A stretch of 64,000 nucleotides of DNA from Clostridia bacterium (GCA_045651805.1 JAZRTB010000004.1:287-64286); one strand, 5' to 3'. Counted from the stretch's first letter, positions 36,149-46,867 are shown. The notes: a model not told the origin generated them from the sequence alone. Translations and numbers: made by a program.

Positions 36149-36964
36149 CTATTTATAATTATTGTTTCGTTTGCAATTTTGTATAATGTAAGTCAATGAA
36201 AAAGCTACGAGAATAACGCCTATCACCGCAAGCACTATCCCTGTCCTGAAATCCATCTCAATCACCGTAAGTGACGAACTCAGATTAAAGACACTATGAC
36301 ATACTACTGCAGTCTTGAGACTTTTTGTACGAAAATACACTATTCCGATGAAAATCCCCATCACCGCTGCGAAAATCGACTGAAAAAGAACTCCGTGTAT
36401 TATTCCGAACAAAATCCCCTGCAATCCTATTGCCGCCCATGGACGCATTATTTTGAGAAATTCATTCATTATAATGCCTCTGAAAAGAAATTCTTCAAAC
36501 AAGGGAGCAACAACAATTATTGCAAACAAAGCCACCAAGAGTTGTGCCGTAGTTGTCAGTTCAGGACTGGTTGCCGCCGCGTCCTCAATAGACTCTTTAA
36601 GAGTTGTTACCTCCTGCGACAAGTAATAATATACAGTTACAAGAAGTCTTCCCCCTACAGCAAGACATACCGCCATTGCCGTTATTACAGGAGGCTTTTT
36701 CTCATTCTCAATTACCCTGTCAAGAGGTTCTTTTCTCATATGCCCGATTATCAGGTATATCCAAAAACATATAACAGAAGAAATAACGGTAAGTGCATAA
36801 GCATTATTCACGGCACTTGTCGATAATTCCGAAAGGGTTATATCTTCACGGGTGTTTTTCCAAAGCAAATACACCATCTGAACTCCCCAGTTTACCAGAT
36901 AGTGAATAACCAGATAGAGTCCAACAAAAAGGAGTGCTTTGATTTTTTTACAAAATTTCTTCAT
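36149..36964 (-). CDS. CPBP family intramembrane glutamic endopeptidase
   Basis: Polytopic membrane protein with the EEFLFRG motif and downstream conserved His residues (FGIIHG, HSVFN). Its start overlaps the rnfB 3' end. Confidence 0.85.
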   Translation of the reverse strand: MKKFCKKIKALLFVGLYLVIHYLVNWGVQMVYLLWKNTREDITLSELSTSAVNNAYALTVISSVICFWIYLIIGHMRKEPLDRVIENEKKPPVITAMAVCLAVGGRLLVTVYYYLSQEVTTLKESIEDAAATSPELTTTAQLLVALFAIIVVAPLFEEFLFRGIIMNEFLKIMRPWAAIGLQGILFGIIHGVLFQSIFAAVMGIFIGIVYFRTKSLKTAVVCHSVFNLSSSLTVIEMDFRTGIVLAVIGVILVAFSLTYIIQNCKRNNNYK

Positions 36965-37760
36965 TATTACTCATTTCCACAATAATTTTTTTCGGACATT
37001 TTGCTTCGCATACACCACAGTTGATACACTTTTCATAATCAATAACCGCATGATTATCCGTAACTGTAATCGCCTGTGCAGGACAGTTCTTTTCGCAGAG
37101 TTTGCATCCGATACAACCGACAGAGCACTTTTCTTTCATAGCGGCACCCTTGTCGCAGGAAACACATTTTACAACGTACTTGCTTTTTTTGGGAACTATC
37201 TTAATTACCTTCTTGGGACAAATTTCTGCACATTCACCGCAACCACCACATTTTTCGGGGTCAACAACTGCAATTCCATCTATCATTGTAATAGCATTAT
37301 GTGAACAGATTTTCGCACAAGTTCCATGGCCTAGACAACCGTATGAACAAGCCTTTTCTCCACCACCCTGGAGTCTTGATACTGCGATACAGTCATCCAT
37401 ACCTTCGTAGTTGTATTTTCTTATCGCGTTTTCGTCTGTACCGTTACAGCAGATAACAGCAACCTTTTCCTCAACTGCTTCTGCAGCTACGCCCATAATC
37501 TCTGCAATTTTATCTACAACTGCCTGACCACCGGGACTGCAACAGTTAACTTTTGCATTTCCCTTGGAAATTTCTTCTGCATATGCACCACAGCCTGCAA
37601 ATCCGCAACTACCGCAGTTTGCACCGGGAAGAACTTCTGCAATCGCCTCAGCTCTTTCATCCTTTTCAACTGCAAATATTTTTGATGCAACTGCAAGAAG
37701 AGCACCAAGAACAAGTCCTATAGCTCCGATTATAAGAGCAGGAACCAATATTTCGTTCAT
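36948..37760 (-). CDS. rnfB: Rnf electron transport complex subunit B
   Basis: N-terminal TM helix, a CGSCGFAGCGAY cluster and several CxxCxxCxxxCP ferredoxin motifs. Confidence 0.93.
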   Translation of the reverse strand: MNEILVPALIIGAIGLVLGALLAVASKIFAVEKDERAEAIAEVLPGANCGSCGFAGCGAYAEEISKGNAKVNCCSPGGQAVVDKIAEIMGVAAEAVEEKVAVICCNGTDENAIRKYNYEGMDDCIAVSRLQGGGEKACSYGCLGHGTCAKICSHNAITMIDGIAVVDPEKCGGCGECAEICPKKVIKIVPKKSKYVVKCVSCDKGAAMKEKCSVGCIGCKLCEKNCPAQAITVTDNHAVIDYEKCINCGVCEAKCPKKIIVEMSNNEEIL

Positions 37761-37792
37761 ATTCCTTACCTCCGTTTATTAGTTGACTTTCA

Positions 37793-38398
37793 TCAGAACG
37801 ACATTCCCTGGAATCCCAAAAACGCCATCGCAAGAAGCGATGCACTGATAAGTGCAATCGGGATTCCCTGAAGAGCTTTGGGAATATTTGAACTTTCAAG
37901 ACGTTCACGAACACCTGCAAAAAGCACAATTGCAATCAGGAAACCGACACCGCCGCTGAATCCGCTTATAATGGACTCTATAAGAGTATAACTGTCCGCA
38001 TCCGCATTAATAACAGAAGCAGAAGTTACATTAAGAAGTGCAACACCGAGAACGGCACAGTTTGTTGTTATAAGAGGAAGATATATTCCGAGAGAGCTGT
38101 ACAGAGAGGGAATTGATTTCTGAAGAAACATTTCCACAAACTGCACAAGAGCGGCAATTATAACAATAAACGCAATTGTCTGCATATACTCAATCTTAAG
38201 AGGAACGAGAATAAGTTTCTGACAGAGCCATGTCATAATTGATGCAAGTGTCATAACAAAGGTTACTGCCATACCCATACCGAGTGCAGTATCAATTTTC
38301 TTTGATACGCCAAGGAAGGGACAGATACCGAGGAACTTTACAAGCACAAAGTTCTGAACAAATATTGATGTTAAAGCTATACCTATAAGCGCTGCCAC
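37793..38398 (-). CDS. rnfA: Rnf electron transport complex subunit A
   Basis: SIFVQNFVLVKFLGICPFLGVS is the hallmark of RnfA/NqrE-like subunits. Confidence 0.93.
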   Translation of the reverse strand: MAALIGIALTSIFVQNFVLVKFLGICPFLGVSKKIDTALGMGMAVTFVMTLASIMTWLCQKLILVPLKIEYMQTIAFIVIIAALVQFVEMFLQKSIPSLYSSLGIYLPLITTNCAVLGVALLNVTSASVINADADSYTLIESIISGFSGGVGFLIAIVLFAGVRERLESSNIPKALQGIPIALISASLLAMAFLGFQGMSF

Positions 38399-38983
38399 TT
38401 ATCTCTCCTCCTTTCTCATTCTGATAACATTGATAATTCCGAGGATAATTCCAAGTGTAAGGAATCCTCCGGGAGGAAGTATCATAATAAGCGCGGGAGT
38501 GATTCCGAGATTAATTCCAAGAATAGTTCCGCTTCCGAGGATTTCACGAACTGTTGAAATAAGCGAAAGTGCTACAGTAAATCCAAGACCCATACCAAGT
38601 CCGTCAACAGCTGATTTCACTACACCATTCTTTGATGCAAAAGCTTCTGCTCGTGCAAGAATAATACAGTTAACAACTATAAGAGGAATAAACAATCCGA
38701 GCGAACTTGAAAGTGACGGAATGTATGCCTTAAGCACCATATCAACAATTGTTACGAATGTGGCAATAATAACAACGTATGCCGCAATTCTTACTTTCTG
38801 GGGAATAAATTTACGAAGAAGAGAAATCAGTATATTTGAAAGCATCAGAACAAAAGTTACTGAAAGACCCATACCGATTCCGTTTGCAAGGGATGTGGTT
38901 ACCGCGAGAGTGGGACACATACCAAGCACCTGTACAAAAGTGGGGTTTTCATCAATAAGACCATTTTTAAATGTTTTCAGCAT
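38399..38983 (-). CDS. rnfE: Rnf electron transport complex subunit E
   Basis: [19 protein letters not shown] is the hallmark of RnfE/NqrD-like subunits. Abuts rnfA with no gap. Confidence 0.93.
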   Translation of the reverse strand: MLKTFKNGLIDENPTFVQVLGMCPTLAVTTSLANGIGMGLSVTFVLMLSNILISLLRKFIPQKVRIAAYVVIIATFVTIVDMVLKAYIPSLSSSLGLFIPLIVVNCIILARAEAFASKNGVVKSAVDGLGMGLGFTVALSLISTVREILGSGTILGINLGITPALIMILPPGGFLTLGIILGIINVIRMRKEER

Positions 38984-39528
38984 TACTTATTCCCTCCTTT
39001 GTACTCTTTAATCATTTCGTTGGCAAGCTTTACACCTTCTGCAACTGCATTACTTGTAATGGTAGCACCCGTTATAGCCTGCACCTCATTAAAGTTGTTT
39101 GTTTCCGTTGTAACAACTGTAAGTTCAGGATTCTTTCTTACAAATCTATTTTTGAAATCATCCGTGTCGGCATTAGCACCAAGACCTGCCGTTTCGCTGT
39201 GACTGAGGATATCAATTCCTCTTACAACGCCGTCTTCTCCAATACCTACAAGCATTTTTACAGGGCCACCGAATCCGTTAACGGTTACAGTTGCAAAATA
39301 TCCTTCAACCAGAGAATCTTTCATCGCAATTTTAAGGTCAGGATTTCCTTCAGCCTCTACAAATTCGGTAGCTGAAGGCATAATTGTTTTCATTGCACTT
39401 TCAATTTCTTTCTGCTCCGCTTTTTTTATTTCGGGAGCAGTAATTTTATTTACAAAAGCAAGAAGAAGTGCCGCCACCAAAGCAATTGCACAAAGCGTTC
39501 CTGCAAGTTTTATAAACTCTTTTTTCAT
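38983..39528 (-). CDS. rnfG: Rnf electron transport complex subunit G (FMN-binding)
   Basis: TM anchor plus an FMN-binding domain with the [10 protein letters not shown]-type motif ([11 protein letters not shown]). Confidence 0.9.
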   Translation of the reverse strand: MKKEFIKLAGTLCAIALVAALLLAFVNKITAPEIKKAEQKEIESAMKTIMPSATEFVEAEGNPDLKIAMKDSLVEGYFATVTVNGFGGPVKMLVGIGEDGVVRGIDILSHSETAGLGANADTDDFKNRFVRKNPELTVVTTETNNFNEVQAITGATITSNAVAEGVKLANEMIKEYKGGNK

Positions 39529-39557
39529 TGTGAACTTCCTTTCTCAATAACTGCTGC

Positions 39558-40514
39558 TTACTTTAATTTACCGAAGCATTTGGGGACTGTCCACTTATCA
39601 AGAAGCGGTGTCAGGACATTCATAAGCAAAATCGCATAAGTAACACCCTCGGGATAACCACCCCAGAAACGGATAACACAAGTGAGGAAGCCACATCCGA
39701 TACCGAATATTACCTGTCCCCAACGAGTTGTGGGTGTAGTGACATAGTCAGTTGCCATAAATACTGCACCGAGCATAACACCACCTGAAAGAACTCCAAT
39801 AAGGGGATTCACACCTTTACCAAATAAAAGGTACATAACAAGAACTGTTCCGATATAGCTGAGAGGAATTCTTGCAGAAATAACTCTTCTTACAAGAAGA
39901 TATATAAAACCTACAAGTATTGCCAGAGCACAAGTCTCACCGATACAACCACTTATGGGAGTACCATTGTTGTACTGACCGATAAACTGATTCCATACAG
40001 TAAGTTCCTTACCTGTATATCCATGAGAAAGAGGCGTAGCGCCTGTAGTTACATCTATTGCCCTGTCCAGGATATTCATTCTGCCTGTAGTGAAAGTAGT
40101 CATAGCTACAGGGAAAGATGCAAGCAGAAACGCTCTTCCCACGAGGGCGGGATTCATAAAGTTCTGACCGATACCGCCAAAAAGCTGTTTTGTAATAATA
40201 ATTGCAACAAAAGCACCTATTACAACTACATAGTAAGGCACACTTACGGGCAAAGTATAAGAAAGAAGAATACCCGTTACTACTGCACTATAATCTCCAA
40301 GAGTATTTTTCTTATGAACTGCCTTTTCATATAAATATTCAAAAGCACAACAGGACATAACAGACAAAAGCATTACAGCAAACGCCCTCTGTCCAAAATA
40401 TATTACACCTGCAAAAGCCGCCGGCATAAGTGCAATTATAACATCAAGCATTATGTCACTTATACTGTTGTTTGCTCTTATATGAGGCGTAGACGATACT
40501 GTGAATTTAGCCAT
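39558..40514 (-). CDS. rnfD: Rnf electron transport complex subunit D
   Basis: SSTPHIRANNSISDIMLDVIIALMPA start and a polytopic NqrB/RnfD pattern with a TGATPL FMN site. Confidence 0.93.
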   Translation of the reverse strand: MAKFTVSSTPHIRANNSISDIMLDVIIALMPAAFAGVIYFGQRAFAVMLLSVMSCCAFEYLYEKAVHKKNTLGDYSAVVTGILLSYTLPVSVPYYVVVIGAFVAIIITKQLFGGIGQNFMNPALVGRAFLLASFPVAMTTFTTGRMNILDRAIDVTTGATPLSHGYTGKELTVWNQFIGQYNNGTPISGCIGETCALAILVGFIYLLVRRVISARIPLSYIGTVLVMYLLFGKGVNPLIGVLSGGVMLGAVFMATDYVTTPTTRWGQVIFGIGCGFLTCVIRFWGGYPEGVTYAILLMNVLTPLLDKWTVPKCFGKLK

Positions 40515-40516
40515 AA

Positions 40517-41863
40517 TTACTGTTTCCCTTCCTTTTCTTTCTGTGCTTTTGCGCGTTGTGCCGCAAGCACATTATGCTTTGCTATTCTGATACTCTGTAC
40601 AAGATTACGTTTTGACGGGCAACCGAAACTGCAGCAGCCACACTCAAGACAGGCTGCAACATTGTACTTCTCGCAGCTTTCCATATCGCCTTTGTCCGAA
40701 TAATTCTGAAGATACAAAGGCATAAGACCCATCGGACAATTCTGCACACATTTACCGCATCTGATACACGGGTCCTCCGGAGGAATGTACGCCTCTTTCT
40801 CATCAAGGCACACAATTGCCGAATTAGCCTTTATAATGGGGATATCAAGTCTGTACTGTGCAACACCCATCATAGGCCCGCCTACAATAACCTTCTTGGG
40901 TTCTACGTTGAATCCGCCATTCTGTTCAATCATATAGTCAACAGGGGTACCTATACGTACCTTATAGTTGATATTCTTATCAAAGGGTGTACCTGCCATA
41001 GTTACGATTCTTCTCATAAGAGGCTTGCCGTATTTAAACTTGCGTCCGATAGCACTGCAGGTATCGATATTTATAACAACTACACCTACATCCGCAGGAA
41101 GCTTTCCAACAGGCACTTTTCTTTTTGTAACAGCATAAATAAGCTGCTTTTCTCCGCCCTGAGGATATTTTTTCTTAAGAACATCTACTGTAATGCCTTC
41201 ATCTGCACATTCTTTTTTCATAAGTTCAATTGCATCAGGCTTATTTTCTTCAATAGCAATATGACCGTTCGTAATACCGAATCTGTAAAGAACAACCTTT
41301 AATCCGAGAATAACTTCATCGGGAGTTTCAAGCATAACTCTGTGGTCACTTGTAAGATACGGCTCACACTCTGCGCCATTTACTATAACGGTATCAATCT
41401 TACATTCTTTCGGAGGATTAATCTTAACGTGTGTCGGGAAAGCCGCACCCCCCATTCCGACAATACCCGCTTCTCTTACAATTTTGGGGATATCGTCAGG
41501 TTCTACCGTTGTATAGTCAATAGGCTGAATTGACTCGTGATATGTATCTTTATAGTCATTTTCAATTATAATTGACTGCACTGATGAGCCATTGTGCACG
41601 TTTCTCATCTCAATTGCCTTTACTGTTCCTGAAACGGTTGCATGAATGGGTGCACTTATAAATGCGTCACTGTCTGCAATTTTCTGACCCATTTTAACAT
41701 AATCGCCCACAGCAACACAAGGTGTACAAGGTGCACCTATATGCTGCGACATAGGATATATAAGCTCCTGTGGAACAGGCATTCTCTCTATGGGCTTCGA
41801 AGCGGTACTTGCTTTGTTGTCATTAGGATGCACACCGCCCTTAAAGGTAAGCTTTTTAAACAT
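40517..41863 (-). CDS. rnfC: Rnf electron transport complex subunit C
   Basis: GGVHP start region, the GMGGAAFPTHVK NADH/FMN site and two CxxCxxCxxxCP clusters near the C-terminus. Confidence 0.93.
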   Translation of the reverse strand: MFKKLTFKGGVHPNDNKASTASKPIERMPVPQELIYPMSQHIGAPCTPCVAVGDYVKMGQKIADSDAFISAPIHATVSGTVKAIEMRNVHNGSSVQSIIIENDYKDTYHESIQPIDYTTVEPDDIPKIVREAGIVGMGGAAFPTHVKINPPKECKIDTVIVNGAECEPYLTSDHRVMLETPDEVILGLKVVLYRFGITNGHIAIEENKPDAIELMKKECADEGITVDVLKKKYPQGGEKQLIYAVTKRKVPVGKLPADVGVVVINIDTCSAIGRKFKYGKPLMRRIVTMAGTPFDKNINYKVRIGTPVDYMIEQNGGFNVEPKKVIVGGPMMGVAQYRLDIPIIKANSAIVCLDEKEAYIPPEDPCIRCGKCVQNCPMGLMPLYLQNYSDKGDMESCEKYNVAACLECGCCSFGCPSKRNLVQSIRIAKHNVLAAQRAKAQKEKEGKQ

Positions 41864-41925
41864 ATTTATCTTCTCCCTTTGATAATTCTAGTCGTAAATT
41901 TGTTATAAGCACATAATTATTTTCA

Positions 41926-41954
41926 ATTATATCAAAATTTTATATTAAATACAA
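41926..41954 (-). promoter_or_regulatory. promoter of the rnf operon
   Basis: On the minus strand: TTGTAT, 17 nt, TATAAT. Confidence 0.5.
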
Positions 41955-41973
41955 GATTTCTTACAAAAAAATA

Positions 41974-42009
41974 AGATGTTTTACGTGCAAATTTGCGTAT
42001 AAAACATCT
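41974..42009 (-). terminator. intrinsic terminator after the 226-aa membrane-anchored protein gene
   Basis: AGATGTTTTA/TAAAACATCT outer stem plus a GCAAA/TTTGC inner stem. It includes the stop codon and is followed on the minus strand by UAUUUUUUU. Confidence 0.7.
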
Positions 42010-42688
42010 ATTTCAGGTATTTATTGGCATAATATGAGAGCTTAAGCTGTTTTTCTGTTTCGTAAGCATCTCTAATCGTTCTTACGATATCGGTATTTGC
42101 ACCAATACCCTTAAGTTCTTTTTCAAGATTATTAATTATTCCATCGACTTTTTTGTCACATTCCGATTCAATGCCTCTCACAATCGGAGTAAAATGTGTA
42201 ATTGTATTCGCTCTCGCTGTAGTTTTATCCTGAGTTTTTTTCAGTGATTCATAATATCTTGCGCCGTCTTTTATTGTAGCCTCTGCTTTGGCAGTATATT
42301 CGCTCTGAAGAATGTAGAGTTGAGACACGTACTTTGTAACAATCTCATCCTTCGAGACGGAACTGCCGCTGTCTATTCTTTCCTGCGAGAGTTCTTCGTA
42401 TTTTTCTTCAAAAATCACCTTGTATACGTCTTCAGCTCTTGCCGAGCCGCTGGAAATACTGTTTTTTTCATCCTCCGTAAGCGGTCTCACACTACCATCA
42501 AGGTATTCATCAATTTTTTCCACAAGCTGCCTTTGATTTTCGTTCCTGCGCTTTGTAATTTCCTCGGATGACTCTTTAATTCCCAGATAAATACTCGCAA
42601 TATTTTTCCATTGCCAGATAACAACAAGAGATACAACAACGAAAATTGCTGCAAGAACTATAAGTGTTATCTTCTTCCATTTTTTCAT
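42008..42688 (-). CDS. hypothetical membrane-anchored helical protein
   Basis: 226 aa with one N-terminal TM helix (ITLIVLAAIFVVVSLVVIW) followed by a charged, helix-rich ectodomain. No family recognised. Confidence 0.6.
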   Translation of the reverse strand: MKKWKKITLIVLAAIFVVVSLVVIWQWKNIASIYLGIKESSEEITKRRNENQRQLVEKIDEYLDGSVRPLTEDEKNSISSGSARAEDVYKVIFEEKYEELSQERIDSGSSVSKDEIVTKYVSQLYILQSEYTAKAEATIKDGARYYESLKKTQDKTTARANTITHFTPIVRGIESECDKKVDGIINNLEKELKGIGANTDIVRTIRDAYETEKQLKLSYYANKYLK

Positions 42689-42710
42689 TGTTGTACCTCC
42701 TTTTTTATTA

Positions 42711-43799
42711 TTATTTTTTAATAAGATCTATAGCAAGCTTTGCATTCTGCTTTGCTTTTTCACGTAAAACTTCAGAACTCTTTTCAAGGCTGCATTTCAA
42801 TTCACCAAGCTCATCTATGCATTTCAAAGCAAGGCTCAAAAACTTTTCGGAAGAAAAATCCTTTACTTCAAGATAGTTAGTCTGATTCATATACTCCATA
42901 AAACCCTGGATTTTAGGGTCATATGCAATTCCCACCATAGGAACATTCATTACAGATGCAAAAATAAGCATATGGAGTCTCATTCCGCATACGATATCAC
43001 ATCTGCCGATTACCGCCAACATATCGGAAACCGTCATATCACGATCCATCACACGGGACGGATGCTTCATTTTTGTTGCAATATCAAGCGAAATGGAAAG
43101 ATCTGCATTTTTCTGCATCGGAATGAACACGGGAATATATCCTTTTTCAGCCAATTCATCAAGAGAATGCGCCATTCTGCTTTCAAAATCCTCCGGGAGA
43201 TCTTTGCATTTACGTACCGACACCGCCACAAGCTTATCCTCAGGCTCAACCGAATACTTCGAAAGAATTTCGTCCGCACGCGCCTTGCCCGATGCCTCAA
43301 GATTAAATGCAGGATCAGCTGTTACCACAACGTTATCCAAAGAAACATTGCAACGTTTCAATTCATCCAACGAAACATTTTCCCTGAGTGTTATAAGGTC
43401 AACTTCATCAAGCACCTTTTTTACTCTTTCAAGATTTTTTTCCTTAAGAGGGCCCATACCGTTTGCATAAACCATGGTCTTAAGACCCATTTTCTTTGCA
43501 AGCTTTATTATCCCGAGATAATAAAGCAGGCTTTTTGTACTTGTAGCATCCTGAATAAGAGTGCCGCCACCGCTTATGAGAAGCTTTGCCGAAAAAAATT
43601 CTTTTATGATTGAAAACAAATTAAATCTGTTAATTGTCTTTATGCCATACAGCTTTTTTGTAAGCTGAGCATTTCCTGAAAGCGCTGTAATTGTTATGTC
43701 CGGATCAACATTTCTCAGGTCATTGATTATACTTTTAAGCAGCGCTTCATCTCCGCTGTTTCCAAGTCCGTAATAGCCCGAAATTATAATATCAGACAC
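42711..43799 (-). CDS. csaB: polysaccharide pyruvyl transferase CsaB
   Basis: MSDIIISGYYGLGNSGDEALLKSII start and the LISGGGTLIQDATSTKSLLYYL motif typical of CsaB/WcaK-type pyruvyl transferases. Confidence 0.85.
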   Translation of the reverse strand: MSDIIISGYYGLGNSGDEALLKSIINDLRNVDPDITITALSGNAQLTKKLYGIKTINRFNLFSIIKEFFSAKLLISGGGTLIQDATSTKSLLYYLGIIKLAKKMGLKTMVYANGMGPLKEKNLERVKKVLDEVDLITLRENVSLDELKRCNVSLDNVVVTADPAFNLEASGKARADEILSKYSVEPEDKLVAVSVRKCKDLPEDFESRMAHSLDELAEKGYIPVFIPMQKNADLSISLDIATKMKHPSRVMDRDMTVSDMLAVIGRCDIVCGMRLHMLIFASVMNVPMVGIAYDPKIQGFMEYMNQTNYLEVKDFSSEKFLSLALKCIDELGELKCSLEKSSEVLREKAKQNAKLAIDLIKK

Positions 43800-43831
43800 A
43801 CTTCCACCTACCCTTCAAGGCATCTATTTGA

Positions 43832-45058
43832 TTATACAAGTTCAATCTTAAGGAAAGACTTCTTACCCTTCTTTGCGATAATTTTGCCTTCCTTAAAGTT
43901 TTCCTTTGTAATTACTGCATCGATAGCTGTTACCTTTTCATTGTCAAGGCTTATTCCGCCCTGCTGAACAAGTCTGCGGCCCTCACCTTTAGAAGGAATG
44001 AGGCCTGCAGCAAGAAGAAGATCAAGAACACCGATACCGTCGCCGATTACAGATGCTTCAATCTGTGCAGAAGGCATATTTGCATCATCACCAACGCCTG
44101 CAAAAATAGCCGCTGCTGCCTGTTTTGCCTTTTCCGCTTCTTCTTCACCGTGAACAAGCTTTGTAACTTCATAAGCAAGGATTTCCTTCACCTTGTTAAG
44201 CTGACTTCCTTCAAGCTTTTCATACTCACGAATTTCTTCCATAGGAATAAATGTAAGGAGCTTAAGGCACTTGCATACATCATTATCGTCAACATTTCTC
44301 CAATACTGATAAAATTCGTAAGGAGATGTTTTTTCTGGGGCAAGCCATACTGCACCATTTGCAGTCTTACCCATCTTCTTACCTTCACTGTTAGTAAGAA
44401 GAGTAAATGTCATACCGTAAACCTGCTTCTGATCCTTTCTTCTGCAAAGGTCAAGACCACCGAGTATGTTACTCCACTGATCGTCTCCGCCAAGTTCCAT
44501 CTTACAACCATACTTACGGTTAAGCATAAGGAAGTCATAGCTCTGCATAAGCATATAGTTGAATTCAAGGAAAGAAAGACCTTTCTCAAGTCTCTGCTTG
44601 AAGCACTCTGCCTGAAGCATCTGATTTACAGAGAAACAAGAGCCGATGTCGCGGATGAATTCAACATAGTTAAGATCAAGAAGCCAGTCTGCGTTATTAA
44701 CCATAATTGCCTTTCCGTCAGAGAAATCAATTACTTTTGAGAGCTGTTCCTTGAATCTTTCGCAGTTGTAGTCAATAGTTTCCTTTGTCATCATCTGACG
44801 CATATCGGTTCTGCCTGATGGGTCTCCGATATGACCTGTACCACCACCTACAAGAGCAATGGGACGATGTCCATAGTTCTGCATATGACGCATAACTACC
44901 ATCTGGAGGAAGTGACCTACATGCAAACTGTCTGCAGTAGGATCAAATCCAATATAAAATGTAACCTTCTCGTTAGCAAGAAGCTCACGGATTTCATTCT
45001 CATGTGTGGTCTGTGCAATGAGTCCTCTCTCTTTAAGGACGTCAAAAACGTTATCCAT
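43832..45058 (-). CDS. tyrS: tyrosine--tRNA ligase
   Basis: HIGH-type motif (SLHVGHF), KMGKT (KMSKS-type) motif and a C-terminal S4 domain. Confidence 0.95.
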   Translation of the reverse strand: MDNVFDVLKERGLIAQTTHENEIRELLANEKVTFYIGFDPTADSLHVGHFLQMVVMRHMQNYGHRPIALVGGGTGHIGDPSGRTDMRQMMTKETIDYNCERFKEQLSKVIDFSDGKAIMVNNADWLLDLNYVEFIRDIGSCFSVNQMLQAECFKQRLEKGLSFLEFNYMLMQSYDFLMLNRKYGCKMELGGDDQWSNILGGLDLCRRKDQKQVYGMTFTLLTNSEGKKMGKTANGAVWLAPEKTSPYEFYQYWRNVDDNDVCKCLKLLTFIPMEEIREYEKLEGSQLNKVKEILAYEVTKLVHGEEEAEKAKQAAAAIFAGVGDDANMPSAQIEASVIGDGIGVLDLLLAAGLIPSKGEGRRLVQQGGISLDNEKVTAIDAVITKENFKEGKIIAKKGKKSFLKIELV

Positions 45059-45119
45059 TATATATCATTCCTTTCGTGCAATTTTGTAAAACTGCACCTA
45101 TTATCCCAATATCTGTTAC

Positions 45120-45149
45120 ATTATATCACTAATTGCTATACATTTTCAA
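45120..45149 (-). promoter_or_regulatory. promoter of tyrS
   Basis: On the minus strand: TTGAAA, 18 nt, TATAAT. The leader is only about 55 nt and contains one 10-bp hairpin (45076-45097). Confidence 0.5.
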
Positions 45150-45164
45150 GTGTTTTTTCCATAT

Positions 45165-46055
45165 TTAAATAAAATCAGGTATAAAACTTTCAGATGCCGC
45201 CTCTCCTTCCTGAATATAGGCATCTTCTATTCCTAATTCGATGCAGAAATCAAGAATCTTTTCATACTCATTCTCTGTGAGTTTTCTCGCAAGAACAGGA
45301 TGCTCTGTACACTGCGGCATAGGCGTGTACTGATTCATTATGCTGAGTACAACTTTATCTTTATATTTTTTGTAAACATATTCTATAACGGCTTTTGAAT
45401 CATCGCCCCCTCCGGGAAGGCACAAATGCCTTACGACAACGCCGCTTTTTAACATTCCGGCTTCATCATACACAGGTTTTTCCGTTATGCCCACCATTTT
45501 TTCGAGAGCTCTCTTTGCTACTTCAGGATAATCCTTTGCGTACGAATATTTTCCGGCAATTTCAGAATCCATATACTTAAAATCCACAAGATAAATATCT
45601 ATAACATCACTCAACAATTCAAGGGTTTCTTCTGTTTCATATCCGCTGCAGTTAAGAATCACAGGAATATTCAAGCCGCCTTCTTTTGCGATTTTCACAG
45701 AGTCTTTTATCTGCGGAGCAAAATGCTCTGCCGTAACGAGATTTATGTTATGGACACCCATTTTCTGCAATTCCAGAAATTTTTCAGACAATTCATCAAC
45801 CGTTATGGTTTTTCCTTTTTCACCTCTGCTCAGTTTATAATTCTGGCAATATATGCACCCAAGATTGCACCCTGCAAAAAACACAGTTCCCGAGCCTTTT
45901 TCACCGCTTATACACGGTTCTTCCCAATAATGCGGCGCCGCACGTCCGATTTTTATCTCGGAGTTTGCTTTGCAGGCTCCCTTTTTTCCGTTGTTTCTGT
46001 CAACATTGCATTTTCTCGGGCACAGCTGACAAGCATCGTATTCAGAATACTTCAT
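45165..46055 (-). CDS. radical SAM protein (PflX/YjjW-like activating-enzyme type)
   Basis: CNLGCIYCQN CxxxCxxC motif preceded by an N-terminal Cys cluster (CQLCPRKC...GAC). ATG 46055 follows GAGGTGG. Confidence 0.85.
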   Translation of the reverse strand: MKYSEYDACQLCPRKCNVDRNNGKKGACKANSEIKIGRAAPHYWEEPCISGEKGSGTVFFAGCNLGCIYCQNYKLSRGEKGKTITVDELSEKFLELQKMGVHNINLVTAEHFAPQIKDSVKIAKEGGLNIPVILNCSGYETEETLELLSDVIDIYLVDFKYMDSEIAGKYSYAKDYPEVAKRALEKMVGITEKPVYDEAGMLKSGVVVRHLCLPGGGDDSKAVIEYVYKKYKDKVVLSIMNQYTPMPQCTEHPVLARKLTENEYEKILDFCIELGIEDAYIQEGEAASESFIPDFI

Positions 46056-46129
46056 ATTCCACCTCTGTTCAGTTTTCTTTTCCGCAATAAAAAAACGGTG
46101 CAAATACCTCCGTACAGCACCGTTTCGTT

Positions 46130-46858
46130 TTAATCCTTTTTAGCAGGATAAATAGGTTTTGTTCTTGATAAAAACTCGCTTTGATTTTCAATAAACGACT
46201 GAAACAGTTTTTTTCCAAGTTTCTTTTCCAGAATCTGTCTTGCCATAGAATAGTTCGGACATCTTCCCGAAACGCTGTGGCAATCTGTTCCAAGAGCAAA
46301 AACTTTTCCTTTTTTTATAAATCTTACCGCTTTTCCTCTTGAGAAAAATTTGTTAAGATACTCACAATTCATCTGAAGCACCGCGCCATTATTCACAAGT
46401 TCCCTTATTTTCGCTGCATTTCCTTTGTATTTGAGATATCTTTCAAAATGTGCAATAATCGGAACAAGACCACGATTAGAGAGATTTTTGACACTCTCCA
46501 CAATTGTATGATCCCATTTTGCAAACGGCATTTCAACCATTATATAATCTGTACCGCCTACGCAGAATTCACGAATTTCATCCACTCTCCACAACTCTTC
46601 AAAAAGCAAAATTTCTCCACCGAGATATATTTTCACATTAATCGATGTTTCATTTAATGCACGAAGAAGTTTTTTTACAGCTGCGTCGCGTTTTTCAACA
46701 AACTGCTCCGGAGAAGACACATATGCATAGAAATGAGGGGTCAGCACAATTTTTTCAACGCCCTGTTCAGAAAGCATCTCTATCATCCTGACAGATTCCT
46801 CTACACTACTGCTCCCGTCATCTATATCCGGAAGAATATGTGTGTGAAAATCAACCAT
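46130..46858 (-). CDS. CpsB/CapC-type PHP-family protein-tyrosine phosphatase
   Basis: The MVDFHTHILPDIDDGS start is diagnostic of the manganese-dependent CpsB/YwqE family. Confidence 0.88.
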   Translation of the reverse strand: MVDFHTHILPDIDDGSSSVEESVRMIEMLSEQGVEKIVLTPHFYAYVSSPEQFVEKRDAAVKKLLRALNETSINVKIYLGGEILLFEELWRVDEIREFCVGGTDYIMVEMPFAKWDHTIVESVKNLSNRGLVPIIAHFERYLKYKGNAAKIRELVNNGAVLQMNCEYLNKFFSRGKAVRFIKKGKVFALGTDCHSVSGRCPNYSMARQILEKKLGKKLFQSFIENQSEFLSRTKPIYPAKKD

Positions 46859-46867
46859 ACTTTAAAC

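Noticed and set aside
37666-37935. 89-aa minus-strand ORF bridging the rnfA/rnfB junction
   Set aside because: It is out of frame and overlaps two well-supported rnf genes, and it has no RBS.
45059-45164. T-box leader upstream of tyrS
   Set aside because: tyrS is the archetypal T-box-regulated gene in Firmicutes, so I looked for one. The spacer is only 106 nt, with the promoter about 55 nt from the ATG. There is no specifier-loop or AGAGA-type element, no T-box sequence (AAUUAGGGUGGUACCGCG-like) and no terminator/antiterminator pair. Only a simple 10-bp hairpin (45076-45097) is present.
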